NCBI GenBank assembly: GCA_963674965.2
Contig: CAXXFL010000006.1
Location: forward strand, 256,001-320,000
Source: a bacterium
GTDB taxonomy: Bacteria; RBG-13-61-14; DATKZS01
DNA: 64,000 bases
Direction of reading: 5' to 3'
Below are positions 1 through 10,618 of the stretch, in pieces. A program made the translations under genes and the position numbers. A model generated the notes under the pieces. The model saw nothing but the letters and a program-made list of their open reading frames with translations, searched no databases and was not told the DNA's origin. The first letter of the stretch is position 1. Each line of letters begins with the position of its first letter.

Positions 1-3000
1 GCGGCGCCCGCGTCAGCGCTTCCAGTCCGGGTTCGAGCGCCCACAAGGCTCCCAGCAAATTACCGCTGTCCACGGTGGAAACGTAGCGTGGTTCAAGCGG
101 CGTCAGTGTCTGAATATCGTACCAGTTAAGCAAATGGCCCTCGTGCCGCTCAAGTTTGTCGACCATCCCCATCGTCAGCGTCAGTTTACGGACGATCTCA
201 TCCAAGGTTGCGTATCCAAAATCATGCGCGCTGAGTACAGTGACCAGATAGAGGCCGATATTGGTCGGGCTCGTCCGCATGGCCAGTTGATCGTTGTAGG
301 CGACCTGGTAATTGTCCGGAGGCAGCCACGAGGTCTCTTCCGTCACGAAGTCCGAGAAGTAACGCCAGGTTCGCCGAGCTACATTCCTTAAAAATTGTCT
401 GTCCTCGGCCGGAAGCTGCAATTGGGGCGGCTTTCTGGATGGTCGTCGGTTAAGGAGCCATCCAATCAGGGGGCAGAAGAACCAGAGAGTCAGCCAAGGC
501 GCGGCCACCCAAAAGATCTCCGGTCGAAAGAACCAAATGGCGCCACCGCCAAGGACGCTGAACAGGCTCGCCAGGCCCATTGCAAACAGAAACATGGGCA
601 CTTTGGCCTGTGCTCCGCCATTAGTCGCATGGGCTGAAGTCCATTCCAGCATTCCTCGATGCGAGATGTTTTTACGGTAGAGAACCCTGGCCACTGCGTC
701 CAGTCCCATCCAGGCCTGGCATGGAAGCAGCGCCGCTTCAACCAGCGCCCGTAGCAGATCATGGGCCTTTTCTCGGGGTGAGACGGCCTTTATACTCTGA
801 CCCTTTATCGCCCAGGTGAAAGGTTGCACCAGGGAGTGAAAGAACAGTTGGGCGCCGACAACCAATGTAGCGATCCACCCGGCCCGAGCGGAGATCAACC
901 AGGCGACCAGCAACAGAGCCATACTTGCCGCGGGCAGTAAACTTCGCCGCAGATTGTCCAGGATTTTCCAGCGGTCGAACATTCCGAGCGGATTTTGGGT
1001 TTTCCCTCCGCCGGATTTAGGGACACGGGGCAGAATCCAGTCCACTATCTGCCAGTCGCCGCGAATCCAGCGGTGCTGCCGCTTGGCGTAACTTAAGTAA
1101 TCCTGGGGAAACTCGTCGAATAGCTCGATGTCGCTGGCCAAACCCACCCGGACGTGAGCGCCTTCAATCAAATCATGGCTCAAAAGTGTCGCCTCGGGAA
1201 ATTTACCCGAGAGCACGCGGCTGAATGCGCGCACGTCATAGATGCCCTTCCCGTGATAGGAGCCCTCTCCGGTTAAATCCTGGTAGACGTCGGAAGCCGC
1301 GCTGGTATAGGGATCAATGCCGATGGGGTCGGAAAAGAGCCGGCTGAAGGGTGAACCGTTGGCGCTGGACAGGGAGGGACTCACCCGCGGCTGAATGATC
1401 GTATAGCCGGAGAGGACCCGGCCGGCGTCATCCAGGCGCGCCCGGTTCAAGGGGTGAGCCAGGGTCTCGATCATCCGTCGGGCGGCGTCATGCGGCAATT
1501 GGGTGTCGCTGTCAAGAGTGATGACGAACCTGACATTCGATAGTTGGTCGGGGTCGCCGACATAAACCAGTCGGTGAGCGGAACCAGACCTCGTGCCGTC
1601 AATCAGGCCGTTGAGCTCTTCGAGCTTTCCCCGTTTACGCTCCCACCCTATATACTTCTGCTCGGATTCGCTCCATTTGCGCTCCCGGTGGAACAGGAAA
1701 AACCGCTCGCCGCCATGACGCCGGTTGAGGCCTTCGATGCGTTGGGTAATGGCCTCGAGCAGGGGCGCGTCCGTTTCACAATGCGCCTCGTCCGCGTCCT
1801 GGAAATCCGAGTAAAGGCCAAAGAACAGATTCTCCTCTTTATTGACCAGATAACGGACCTCCAGTTTTTCCGCCTCTTCCTCAATGGTTTTTTGGTCCAC
1901 CAGCATCATTGGCACGACCACCAGCGTTCGGCAGGCGTCGGGAATCCCAGAGGCCCGGAAATCCATCTTTGGCAAGATACGCGGAGGCAAGAGCCTTGTC
2001 ACCAGGTAATTCATCCCTTCCAGCGCGAGCTGGCTCGCGGGGATGAACAGGAGAGCGGCAAGGACAATAAAGGTCCACGGGGCATGGGCGCTCAGTCCCA
2101 AAGAAAGAGCCACGACAATTAATGCAGCCGAAAAAAAAGTCAGCCCGATGAAGTATACCGCCGAATGATGACGATAGGTCCATTGCCTGGCGCGGGTCCC
2201 CCAATCGTCATGGCACTCGATGAGTCGAGCCAGGTCTTTTCTTTTTTCGCCAATTAAATAGGCGCCGACGTGACTGGCCTCTTCGCCCTGGCCGGGATCG
2301 CGGCCGGCCCGGGTTGCCATCTCAAGGGCAAGGCGGGCGACTTGATCCTCTGATTGCCCTGATCCGCGGTGTAGGTCCTCAACCACACGGCGATAACGGT
2401 CGCGGGTGGCGAAATCCATCCGCGGATAGACTCCGGCGGGATCTTGCCGCAGCGTCTGCTCCACTCCGGAGAGTTTCTCGAAGCATTCCTTCCAATCGAG
2501 CTGGGCGAGATGACGCAGGCTGTTAAAGGCATTACCAACTGAAATTTGATCCTTGTTCTGGCGGTTTTTCTCGCGCAATCCGAGTTCGGCGAGGGATTTG
2601 TTGAAAGTGCGTTCCAGCCAGGCCTGCACCGGAGCCAGCGCCGCTGCTTCGTCATAAAGGTAATCGATCAGTTGCGTCGCTAAATAGGGGCTTGGCCGCG
2701 CTTGGGTTTCGGTCAGTTCCGCCAGGATCGAGAACAACTGGTTGGGATCTCTGCGGCTTGCGGTAATGAGCCGGTTTGCCCAGAAATCGGCGAATTCCCC
2801 TTCACGCAGTTCCGTCAGGGCCCGCTCGGCGATTAGCTGGATGTTTTCGATCAGGACGATCCTCAGCATCTGGGGGACGGCCCAGAGTTCGCCGATCGAA
2901 AGCGGACTCACCGTTTGATAAGACCCGATATAGTCAAGGATGTTTTCCTGATTCAGTCGCAGGTCGGTCTGAGACGCTAGCTCCCGCGCCATACTGTAGA

Positions 3001-3847
3001 TGCGCGGCAACCCCTGGCAGGGCTCACTTGCGAGCGCCGGCAGTTTTCGGTAGAAGCGCCGGGGAAGGTTCAGCCGGACGTCACGCGCGTTGCCCTCGAA
3101 GATATATTCGTTGTCGAGGAGCCACTCGGCGGTCGGCGGCGCGCATTGTTGAAGTAGATAAGCTTCGGAGAGATCCAGACATGCTTTTTGAAACCACTGA
3201 CGGCGCAGCTCGAGTTGCTTGAGCAATTTGGTGTCCCGTATCGGTTTGGGGTCCAACTTATGTTCCGCGGCCAGGCGAAGAGCATGGTCCCGCACCTGAG
3301 ACGAATTGGGTGGCTTTTCCTCACGGCTCCACTCCTCTCCGGCGGGACTGTCGCGGCGGGGGTGAAGGACAAAGACCGCGGGCGGTCTCTCACCGCTTGC
3401 CAAAAGCAGGACAAAGGGCGGACGCAGGGTTTTGATCGGCCCCTGGATGATAATGACGATTTCTCCTGGAAACAGACGGCGCGAATGATTTTCAATTAAT
3501 TCTTTATCGACGCCGAACCTCGATCGTCGTGTCCACACCCCGTTAACCAGGAACCCTAGCAGTCCACCCGCCAGAAATGGGAGAAAATAAACCGGGCCAA
3601 AACCAAGCATCGGCGTCGGTAGTCCAAGCCACATTGAAATTGCCTCGGCCAGAACTCCGAAAAGAATAATTGCCAACACGGCGCGCACGACCCAAATTCG
3701 GCGAAAGGGATCCATCTTTTGGAGTTTTCCTTCCACGCTTTTGCTCACCAGCGCAATTTGACGGATACTCTCTCCTTGCAATTTGGCGAAGGCTTCACGA
3801 GCTTCATCTGGTTTCGCGAAGTAGCTTATGAGGATGCCTTTTTTCAT
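1..3847 (-). CDS. Cyclic beta-1,2-glucan synthase (Cgs/NdvB-like), N-terminal part; runs off the left edge
   Basis: Not in the ORF track because there is no stop in the window. Manual translation from ATG 3847 (MKKGILISYF..., AAGGA upstream) gives AEWLLDNEY, GWERKRGKLEELN, VITLDSDTQLP, GYTIIQPRVS, GEGSYHGKGIYDV, LLSHDLIEG, RQHRWIRGDWQ and GHLLNWYDIQTL...YVSTVDSGNL. Frame at position 2 agrees with the start; not every codon was checked. Confidence 0.88.
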   Translation of the reverse strand, partial: MKKGILISYFAKPDEAREAFAKLQGESIRQIALVSKSVEGKLQKMDPFRRIWVVRAVLAIILFGVLAEAISMWLGLPTPMLGFGPVYFLPFLAGGLLGFLVNGVWTRRSRFGVDKELIENHSRRLFPGEIVIIIQGPIKTLRPPFVLLLASGERPPAVFVLHPRRDSPAGEEWSREEKPPNSSQVRDHALRLAAEHKLDPKPIRDTKLLKQLELRRQWFQKACLDLSEAYLLQQCAPPTAEWLLDNEYIFEGNARDVRLNLPRRFYRKLPALASEPCQGLPRIYSMARELASQTDLRLNQENILDYIGSYQTVSPLSIGELWAVPQMLRIVLIENIQLIAERALTELREGEFADFWANRLITASRRDPNQLFSILAELTETQARPSPYLATQLIDYLYDEAAALAPVQAWLERTFNKSLAELGLREKNRQNKDQISVGNAFNSLRHLAQLDWKECFEKLSGVEQTLRQDPAGVYPRMDFATRDRYRRVVEDLHRGSGQSEDQVARLALEMATRAGRDPGQGEEASHVGAYLIGEKRKDLARLIECHDDWGTRARQWTYRHHSAVYFIGLTFFSAALIVVALSLGLSAHAPWTFIVLAALLFIPASQLALEGMNYLVTRLLPPRILPKMDFRASGIPDACRTLVVVPMMLVDQKTIEEEAEKLEVRYLVNKEENLFFGLYSDFQDADEAHCETDAPLLEAITQRIEGLNRRHGGERFFLFHRERKWSESEQKYIGWERKRGKLEELNGLIDGTRSGSAHRLVYVGDPDQLSNVRFVITLDSDTQLPHDAARRMIETLAHPLNRARLDDAGRVLSGYTIIQPRVSPSLSSANGSPFSRLFSDPIGIDPYTSAASDVYQDLTGEGSYHGKGIYDVRAFSRVLSGKFPEATLLSHDLIEGAHVRVGLASDIELFDEFPQDYLSYAKRQHRWIRGDWQIVDWILPRVPKSGGGKTQNPLGMFDRWKILDNLRRSLLPAASMALLLVAWLISARAGWIATLVVGAQLFFHSLVQPFTWAIKGQSIKAVSPREKAHDLLRALVEAALLPCQAWMGLDAVARVLYRKNISHRGMLEWTSAHATNGGAQAKVPMFLFAMGLASLFSVLGGGAIWFFRPEIFWVAAPWLTLWFFCPLIGWLLNRRPSRKPPQLQLPAEDRQFLRNVARRTWRYFSDFVTEETSWLPPDNYQVAYNDQLAMRTSPTNIGLYLVTVLSAHDFGYATLDEIVRKLTLTMGMVDKLERHEGHLLNWYDIQTLTPLEPRYVSTVDSGNLLGALWALEPGLEALTRAP

Positions 3848-3986
3848 TCACTATCCTTAAGGAGAGAATTAGCCGGAAGGCTATCGATCAATCGCGGCGC
3901 GGACCGATCAACGAACTTCGCTATCCCTGCTTCAAGAAGTTTATTGAAGACGGTGATTTCCGTCGCGCCGATCCAAAAGCATTCCT

Positions 3987-5012
3987 TTAGCATTCCTCCG
4001 TTTCCCCTGATCGCGCCGGGCCCAATACGACCCGGTTCTTGCCGATCCTCTTCGCCTTGTAAAGCGCCTGGTCCGCTCTTTCGACAAGCGCTTGAGTCGA
4101 AGTTATCGTGTGGTCGCATACGGCAACTCCCACGCTAACGGTAATTCCTTGTCCCTGACCAGTCAGGCTTTCGACGCCTTTCCTGATTCTTTCCGCGATT
4201 TCGAGCGCTTCGCCGGCGTTTTTTGTGGACGGCAGAATCACCGAGAATTCCTCACCGCCAAAGCGGCAACAAATATCCGATTCTCTTACTTGCTCTTCCA
4301 TCGTTTTAGCAACTTCGAGAAGTATCCGGTCTCCTTGTTGGTGGCCATACTGATCGTTGATTGACTTGAAGTCATCAATGTCCATCAGAATCAAAGACAA
4401 GCCGGCTCCATATCGTCTGTGGTTTTTCAACTCCAGCTCAAGCAACTCGTAACAGCTCGAGTGGTTGAAAAGGCCCGTCATTCCGTCGCGCATCGAAAGA
4501 TTCGCTAATTCTGAAACATAAACCTCGGTGATCAGTGTTGGCCTCTTCAAGGACTTCGTAATGTTCGAAAGGTAGTCCAATGTGGCGACGGTAATGCGTA
4601 CGTCTCTGCCCAGTTTTTCCGACACAAGGTACTTGTGAGACAGGATTTCTCTCCATAAACCCTCGGCAATCTCGGGTGCAAAGTATTGGTGGGAAATAGA
4701 ATATAAAAGATCAGAATAAAACGCGCTTCCTCTACTGTCCTTCTGTATACGTATGAGGGTCCTTTCCGCCTCGGAAATTTCACGGTCTCCTGCGAAAGCA
4801 GACACTAATTTAATGCTCATGGCATTGGGAGTTATCGTTCTCCTTAACCGATCAGCATTGTTTTCGTTTTGTGAAATTCTATTAATTTCACCGCCGCTGC
4901 CAACCATAAGTTGTTCTCCTTTAGCAATTACTTCTTTTTTATCTGTTTCGGCCAAAACCTCAAGTTTCCTCCATGTGCATGATGAAAAAGCGCTTGTATA
5001 CTCGGACGGCAT
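3987..5012 (-). CDS. Diguanylate cyclase (GGDEF domain)
   Basis: DGMTGLFN, DIDDFKSINDQYGHQQGD, RESD I-site, RFGGEEF, ADQALYKAK. True start may be internal (e.g. 4820). Confidence 0.9.
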   Translation of the reverse strand: MPSEYTSAFSSCTWRKLEVLAETDKKEVIAKGEQLMVGSGGEINRISQNENNADRLRRTITPNAMSIKLVSAFAGDREISEAERTLIRIQKDSRGSAFYSDLLYSISHQYFAPEIAEGLWREILSHKYLVSEKLGRDVRITVATLDYLSNITKSLKRPTLITEVYVSELANLSMRDGMTGLFNHSSCYELLELELKNHRRYGAGLSLILMDIDDFKSINDQYGHQQGDRILLEVAKTMEEQVRESDICCRFGGEEFSVILPSTKNAGEALEIAERIRKGVESLTGQGQGITVSVGVAVCDHTITSTQALVERADQALYKAKRIGKNRVVLGPARSGETEEC

Positions 5013-5101
5013 TCATCAGATCGCCTTTCGAATGGCTTGCTCCGCGGACTTTGCCAGCCCGAGCGAGAATCGGCAAAATCCGAAAGGACAGCCATATTTG
5101 T

Positions 5102-6064
5102 TTACGCCATCTTGGCCAGGGCCGGCTCCGGATTGTCGAGCGGATCTCTCACCGTCTGGTCAGCCTCGATCATGGCGGTTCGCATTTGTTCGGTCAGGGA
5201 GGTGAGATTGCCCGGAGAGTGCGGAATTAGAATAGCGTTCGATCGCGACGAGGCGCCGATCTCCTTTAGCATGTCAAAGTACTGAGTCATGAGGATAAGA
5301 TTCATCACGTCCTTGGCCGTCGTGCCGGGCACGGACTTCTGGAACTCGTCCACTGAATCGCGCAGACCAGCGACGATGGCCTGTCGTTGATCGGCAATGC
5401 CGCGGCCTTGCAGGGCCTTGCTCTGGGCGTCGCCCTCCGCCGCCTTGACCTTCAGAATTCGATCCGCTTCCCCTCTCTCGGTAGCAGCCACTCGCATCCG
5501 CTGAGCCGCGTTGATTTCGTTCATCGACGCCTTCACCATCGCGTCCGGGTCGATGTCCGTAACAAGAGCCTTGAGAATCCCGTAGCCAAAGCCCTCCATG
5601 ACCTGGGCAAGCTCGCTCATAACGATGTTGGCGATGTCATCCTTCTTCTCGAAGACGTCATCGAGTTTGATCTTCGGGACCTGAGCGCGCACGACATCAA
5701 AGACGAACGAAGTGATCTGACGGTTGGCGTTGTCCAGTTTATAGAACGCCTCGTAGACCTTTTCCGGCAGGACGTAGTACTGCACGGCGACCACCATGCG
5801 GACGAACACGTTGTCTTCCGTCTTGGTCTCGATCTCGACGTCCAGTTGCTGGACGCGCAGGTTTACACGGCCGACCACCTTGTCGATGAAGGGAATCTTG
5901 ACGCGGACGCCGGGTTCGGCTTGCCGTATGAATTTTCCCAGCCGCTGGACGATCGCGGTTGTCCGTTGCTCCACGGTAAAAATAGTGGCTGTAAGAAACG
6001 GTACCGCCGCGGCTACCAATAAAATCGCGATGATGACGAGGTAGTTCATTGGTCCAATTTGCAT
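5102..6064 (-). CDS. SPFH/band 7 domain membrane protein
   Basis: N-terminal TM helix, ETKTEDNVFV, LVTDIDPD, QALQG-like GDAQSKALQGRGIADQRQAI; AGGAG before ATG 6064. Confidence 0.9.
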   Translation of the reverse strand: MQIGPMNYLVIIAILLVAAAVPFLTATIFTVEQRTTAIVQRLGKFIRQAEPGVRVKIPFIDKVVGRVNLRVQQLDVEIETKTEDNVFVRMVVAVQYYVLPEKVYEAFYKLDNANRQITSFVFDVVRAQVPKIKLDDVFEKKDDIANIVMSELAQVMEGFGYGILKALVTDIDPDAMVKASMNEINAAQRMRVAATERGEADRILKVKAAEGDAQSKALQGRGIADQRQAIVAGLRDSVDEFQKSVPGTTAKDVMNLILMTQYFDMLKEIGASSRSNAILIPHSPGNLTSLTEQMRTAMIEADQTVRDPLDNPEPALAKMA

Positions 6065-6095
6065 GAGATTTCTCCTGTTTGATTTTCTGGTCTTA

Positions 6096-6344
6096 TTAAA
6101 TTTTGCCACGCTTTCCTGACTTTTTCTTTTCTTTTTCCGATTCGTCTTCAGCATAGCTATTAAGGATTTCACCTTGTTGCATTAGGCTCTCCCATTGATT
6201 TTTGTCCACGTTGGACAGTTTGTGTGCATAGTTGAAAACTTTCTCCCGGGTGAAGCCCTTAGCGTAAAGGGCCTTAGCGCAACGACAAGCTTTGACGCCA
6301 TCGTTTGTATTGATTGCGTCTTTCAAAGCATCCTCGATTTTCAA
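6096..6344 (-). CDS. Hypothetical protein (82 aa)
   Basis: Co-oriented with neighbours; AGAGG upstream of a TTG start. Confidence 0.55.
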   Translation of the reverse strand: MKIEDALKDAINTNDGVKACRCAKALYAKGFTREKVFNYAHKLSNVDKNQWESLMQQGEILNSYAEDESEKEKKKSGKRGKI

Positions 6345-6542
6345 TTTCTTACCTCTTTATTGTATTCAATGAAGCAGATTAATGGCTTGTCATATCCGGT
6401 GGCGCGGCATCTCTCTTATGTCGCGCCATGTTCGAGCGACCGTTCGCGCGAGTGACGCGACCCTGGAACAGCTCCGGTTCGAGGGGACGCGACCTCTCCA
6501 GCCGGGCTGTCCTAGGGACGGTCCTTGCGGCGTCGTGGCCGA

Positions 6543-6794
6543 TTAATCCCGAGGCTCGAAATGGGCCAGCGCCAGATTCACTTGAGCGTCAAATAGCTCC
6601 TTCTTCGGGACCACGGATTTCACGATGTTATGAATCTGCGACCTGGAGTACCGCGCCTCGCGAGTGTCCGGGTGATCGGACATGACGCCCTTGTAAAGAT
6701 CAAGAGCCCCATGCAGGTCCTTTTCAGTGTAGTGCGCCGCATATGCCGCCGCGTACCGCATGCCCGCTTCAGAATGTTTTGTTTCGTTCTTCAT
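6543..6794 (-). CDS. Small helical, TPR-like hypothetical protein
   Basis: AAGGAG RBS; pattern ALDLYKGVMSDHPDTREA resembles a TPR helix pair. Confidence 0.65.
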   Translation of the reverse strand: MKNETKHSEAGMRYAAAYAAHYTEKDLHGALDLYKGVMSDHPDTREARYSRSQIHNIVKSVVPKKELFDAQVNLALAHFEPRD

Positions 6795-6959
6795 TATTAT
6801 TCTCCTTATTCTAAATATTGTTTACGGATAAAACGCTTGACCTCATGATTAAGCGTATATCCGTATCGTCGGGACATTCTTCCTTTAAACCGCTTCTCCC
6901 GTCCTCATGATTCCATCGCGCCGAAACCTTTCAGCTTGCTGCTACGTCTCGGGGGAAAA

Positions 6960-8480
6960 TTACATACTCCTTTCTTTACTTTCACTCCCGATTTTTGACA
7001 GGGAGACCGGCGCCTGGTCCTTGAACCGTTGCACCAACCCGGCGATTTCTTCGCGGGTCTTGTTCCAGGTGAGGTTTACACGGTCCTCGGCTCCCGTCTT
7101 CATCTGTTTAACCACTTCATTGTAAAAAATATTTTTGGTTACCCACTTCCTCTGGAGGTTCCGGCTGTAAGTACGGAGGAATACGCCAATCATGTCGAGT
7201 TTGGAGATGCTTTTTAATATTTGTCCTGTTGAGTAGAATTTACCAAGAGCCTTTATGGTCTCCACTTGAAGTTCGAGAGGGGTTATCCGTTTAGGTTCAT
7301 GCACTACGTGGAGGGCGTCGTAGAGACCCCAGTCCTTGGTCAAAATCCTTCGTTCGGCCTTAAGCTCATCGTATTGCTTTGATCCGGGCAAGGGGGTCAG
7401 GATCATGAACTGGACCGTGTCCAATTCGTTCTTTTTGGCAAACCGAACCGTTTGCTTGACCGTGTCGACCGTATCTTCATCGCTTCCTAAAACAAACATG
7501 CCATGCACCCGGATACCATGACTGTGAAATAGGGCTATTGACTCCTCTATCTGCTCCACGGTGATCTTTTTATTATAGGCGGTCAGGCTGCTCTGGTTTA
7601 CCGATTCGATTCCCACGTAAGCGTAAAAGCAATTGGCTTTGCGAAACAGGTCCATGAGTTCACGGTCACGGGTCACGTCTGCCCTGACCTGGGCCGTCCA
7701 GCGCGGAGTAATCTTCTCCGCGATCATCATCTCGAGAAGTTCTTTAGTGCGCTCGCGGTTGGCCGCGAAGTTGTCGTCGTAGAAGAAGATTTTCTTCTTT
7801 CGGTCGATGCCTCGGAGTTCGCGGAGCACGTTCTCCTTTGACCTGAAGCGATACCCGCGGCCGAACATCCTGGTGACGGTACAGAAGGAGCAGTTGTAAG
7901 GACATCCCCGCGAGGTCATCACCGGCCGGATCGTACCGATCGGTTTCCGGATCAGGCTCAAGTCCGGAAAAGGCAACGTATCGAGTTCCTGGCAGGAATG
8001 ACCCGGCTGGTTCTGGTAAATAATATTGCCCTCTTTGAAGCTCAGGCCCGGGACGTCTTCAAAGCCCTCGCCGCTTTCCATGGCCTGGACAAACGGCAAA
8101 ATCGAATTTTCCGCTTCCCCTCGGAAAACATAATCGGCGTACTCGAGGGCCTCTTCGGGCAGAAAGGTGACATGGGGACCACCGAGTATCACGGGGATAC
8201 CGCTTTTTTTGATCTGAGAAGCAAGGGCATAGGCGCGGGGAGCGGTCGAAGTAATGGTCGAGATGGCGACAAGGTCAGCCTCGAATACGGACTTGAAATC
8301 AATCGGCGCTATGTCCTCGACAAACACTTTCACGAAATATCCTTGCCGCTCCAGGATGGCTCCCAGGATCAGACATCCCAGGCGGGGTAGCCGGTACCGA
8401 CTGAAAACATGGTAATCGGGCGAGCGCGGTTCGATAAAAACAATATTTTTCATTCCAATACCAATCCTTTCCTTGTCCAC
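6960..8480 (-). CDS. B12-binding domain radical SAM protein
   Basis: LGGPHVTFLPEEAL B12-binding segment, TSRGCPYNCSFC cluster motif, FYDDNF, VGIES. Confidence 0.92.
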   Translation of the reverse strand: MDKERIGIGMKNIVFIEPRSPDYHVFSRYRLPRLGCLILGAILERQGYFVKVFVEDIAPIDFKSVFEADLVAISTITSTAPRAYALASQIKKSGIPVILGGPHVTFLPEEALEYADYVFRGEAENSILPFVQAMESGEGFEDVPGLSFKEGNIIYQNQPGHSCQELDTLPFPDLSLIRKPIGTIRPVMTSRGCPYNCSFCTVTRMFGRGYRFRSKENVLRELRGIDRKKKIFFYDDNFAANRERTKELLEMMIAEKITPRWTAQVRADVTRDRELMDLFRKANCFYAYVGIESVNQSSLTAYNKKITVEQIEESIALFHSHGIRVHGMFVLGSDEDTVDTVKQTVRFAKKNELDTVQFMILTPLPGSKQYDELKAERRILTKDWGLYDALHVVHEPKRITPLELQVETIKALGKFYSTGQILKSISKLDMIGVFLRTYSRNLQRKWVTKNIFYNEVVKQMKTGAEDRVNLTWNKTREEIAGLVQRFKDQAPVSLSKIGSESKERSM

Positions 8481-8531
8481 CTTGTTGAATTGCTTGTGTC
8501 ATCATTAAGGACCCGGCCCTTGTCCGCGGTC

Positions 8532-8561
8532 CATGCCCCCGGCCCCATGGCCGGGGGCATG
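8532..8561. other. Perfect 13-bp GC-rich hairpin, intergenic
   Basis: CATGCCCCCGGCC-ccat-GGCCGGGGGCATG; no U-tract on either side. Confidence 0.6.
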
Positions 8562-8623
8562 ACACTCCCCCTTGCAATTTTCCAATCATTAATGTTGGAA
8601 AATTATCAAACCGACTCGTTGTC

Positions 8624-9670
8624 CTATTTCACGATGACGGTAAACAAGACCCTCATGTTGGACTTGGCCGCATCGGATTCAAGGTCGTCGGGATACGGCT
8701 CATAGGTGGCCGGTTTGTTCTCGCCATAACCAACGGTCACAAGGCTGTCCGCGGGAATGCTTCCATTCTTGACAAGATAATCTTTGACCGCGGCCGCGCG
8801 TCTCTCGCTTAACTTCTGGTTGTATTCATCGGTGCCGCTGGCGGAAGTATATCCTGCGATCAGGATATCAACATCCGGGTTGTCCTTCAGGATTTTGATA
8901 TTTTTATCAAGAATCTCTAGCCCTTCCGGAGTGATTTTCGAGCTGTCGAATTCAAAATGCGCGTCCCTGAGCTCAACCAGGGCCAGCCGGGGTTTCAATT
9001 TGGGTGTGGGCGGGGGTAGCGCGGCGGCTTTTTCCGGAGGGAAGATGTAATCCACCAATCGCTGGACTTCGTCGGAGGATTTCAGGTCGGAGCCGAGCAA
9101 ACCCAGGCCGCAGCGGCCAGCAAAAGCGATATCGGCGAGCAAATCTGCCCCCCTCTTATCGTCTCCGTACAGGACCGTGAAAATGCAGACCTTGTCGCCG
9201 AACTCACGCTTGATTCTTTTGGCCTTTTTAACTGAGTTGACCCAGCCGTTGTTCTTGCCGTCGCTCAACAAGATGACAGCGGTTTTCCCTCTGGAATAGG
9301 CCAAGGCATCCCTTGCTTCCTCCAGAGAGGCTCCGATCGGTGTGGTGCCGTTGCCGTCAACGATTTTACCGGCTGCGGTTTTGAAACGAGCCCTGTCCCA
9401 GGCGCTCACTGGATACCACCAGTTCATCTGCGGCCCATCCTTGTGTCCGAAGGTCAAGAGACCGGCGGATTTTACGTAAGAGGGAAAACGGTCATTCATG
9501 TCCTGCACGAGCTTTTTTGCCGCAGGCACGTGCTTGCCCTGGCTCATGGTCCAGGAGACGTCAGTAACAAAGAGGATGCTGTCATGACGGTCCTGCGCCA
9601 ATACGGGCAACGCGGCCATCACCACCAACAGTAACCCTAACCAGATCGTCGCTTTTATCATGTTTTTCAT
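8624..9670 (-). CDS. Secreted vWA + OmpA-like peptidoglycan-binding protein
   Basis: Signal peptide, DVSWTM MIDAS-like motif, TPIG, LLSDG; C-terminal HFEFDSS...YNQKLSERRAAAV...GYGE. Confidence 0.88.
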   Translation of the reverse strand: MKNMIKATIWLGLLLVVMAALPVLAQDRHDSILFVTDVSWTMSQGKHVPAAKKLVQDMNDRFPSYVKSAGLLTFGHKDGPQMNWWYPVSAWDRARFKTAAGKIVDGNGTTPIGASLEEARDALAYSRGKTAVILLSDGKNNGWVNSVKKAKRIKREFGDKVCIFTVLYGDDKRGADLLADIAFAGRCGLGLLGSDLKSSDEVQRLVDYIFPPEKAAALPPPTPKLKPRLALVELRDAHFEFDSSKITPEGLEILDKNIKILKDNPDVDILIAGYTSASGTDEYNQKLSERRAAAVKDYLVKNGSIPADSLVTVGYGENKPATYEPYPDDLESDAAKSNMRVLFTVIVK

Positions 9671-9793
9671 TGAAATGATCCCTTTTTTTCTCATCGCTAC
9701 AGTTATTGACACCAACCCTAACAACTTGGCCTCGGTGTTAAACCTAACTTTCTCCATGGCCCAAAATATTTGCCCCCACTTTGGAACGCCAAG

Positions 9794-10618
9794 TCATTCG
9801 ATGGCCATCAAATTTTTCACCGCCAGCACGCCGTTAATGTCGTTGGTGAGGAGGGTTGCCAGGGTTTTCTCGGCCGCGTTCTTTGCCGTGCCTGACAAAG
9901 TGACCACACCCTTGTTCGTTTTCACCTTGGTCTTGAGGGCGCTGGTGGAGCGATGGGACAGCAATGCATACTTGACCTGGGCGGTTATTGACGCGTCATC
10001 AACGGTATACGCCGCGTAATTGAGCGCGCTATTGGCGGAGCTAGACGCGTCATCAACGGCATCCCCCAAGTAATCTTTAGCGATATTGTAGGTCGCTTTC
10101 CAGGAGCCGGACACGACCATCTCGTTCTTGACTTTTTTTACGCCATCGACGTCTTCGGCGTATGCTGTCGTCAATTCCTTTTTGGCCTGGCTGGCTGTAA
10201 AGCCCTTCAGAAAAATGACGCCGTCTTTGGCGGAAACGTCAATTTTGCTGTCGTTGACGTTTCGATGCACCGCTAGCGTGATTTCCACCTTCTCTTGAAT
10301 CCACGCATCCGAGTTGGCGGTGGCGGCCTCGTCCTTGACGGTCAGTCGGTTGTCCACTTTTTTGACCCCGGGCATAGCCGCGGCGGTCGTTTCGGCCAAT
10401 AGTGCGCGGGAGGCCCCGGCGACGACCCCGGTCAAAGTGACCACCCCGTCCTGGGCCTCGACTTTAATGTCGTCATTTGCGAGGAAAGTTTTGAAAACGT
10501 ACGTATCCTCGACGGATTCCACGATTTGAGCATCCGTCGCGGACGCTTGCGCAGGCAAGATGATCGTCATCATAACGACCATAGCCGCCATAAAAGCCAT
10601 ATGATATTTTCCCTTCAT
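9794..10618 (-). CDS. BON-domain (OsmY-like) periplasmic protein, three BON repeats
   Basis: Signal peptide; repeated DAxI...GVVTLxG...GVxxVxNxL units. Confidence 0.9.
   Translation of the reverse strand: MKGKYHMAFMAAMVVMMTIILPAQASATDAQIVESVEDTYVFKTFLANDDIKVEAQDGVVTLTGVVAGASRALLAETTAAAMPGVKKVDNRLTVKDEAATANSDAWIQEKVEITLAVHRNVNDSKIDVSAKDGVIFLKGFTASQAKKELTTAYAEDVDGVKKVKNEMVVSGSWKATYNIAKDYLGDAVDDASSSANSALNYAAYTVDDASITAQVKYALLSHRSTSALKTKVKTNKGVVTLSGTAKNAAEKTLATLLTNDINGVLAVKNLMAIE

Noticed and set aside
134-3499. Short ORF-track calls suggesting a fragmented region
   Set aside because: They overlap the single long minus-strand glucan synthase frame that the track missed.
8532-8561. Rho-independent terminator
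   Set aside because: Strong stem but no U-tract in either direction; kept only as an unexplained hairpin.
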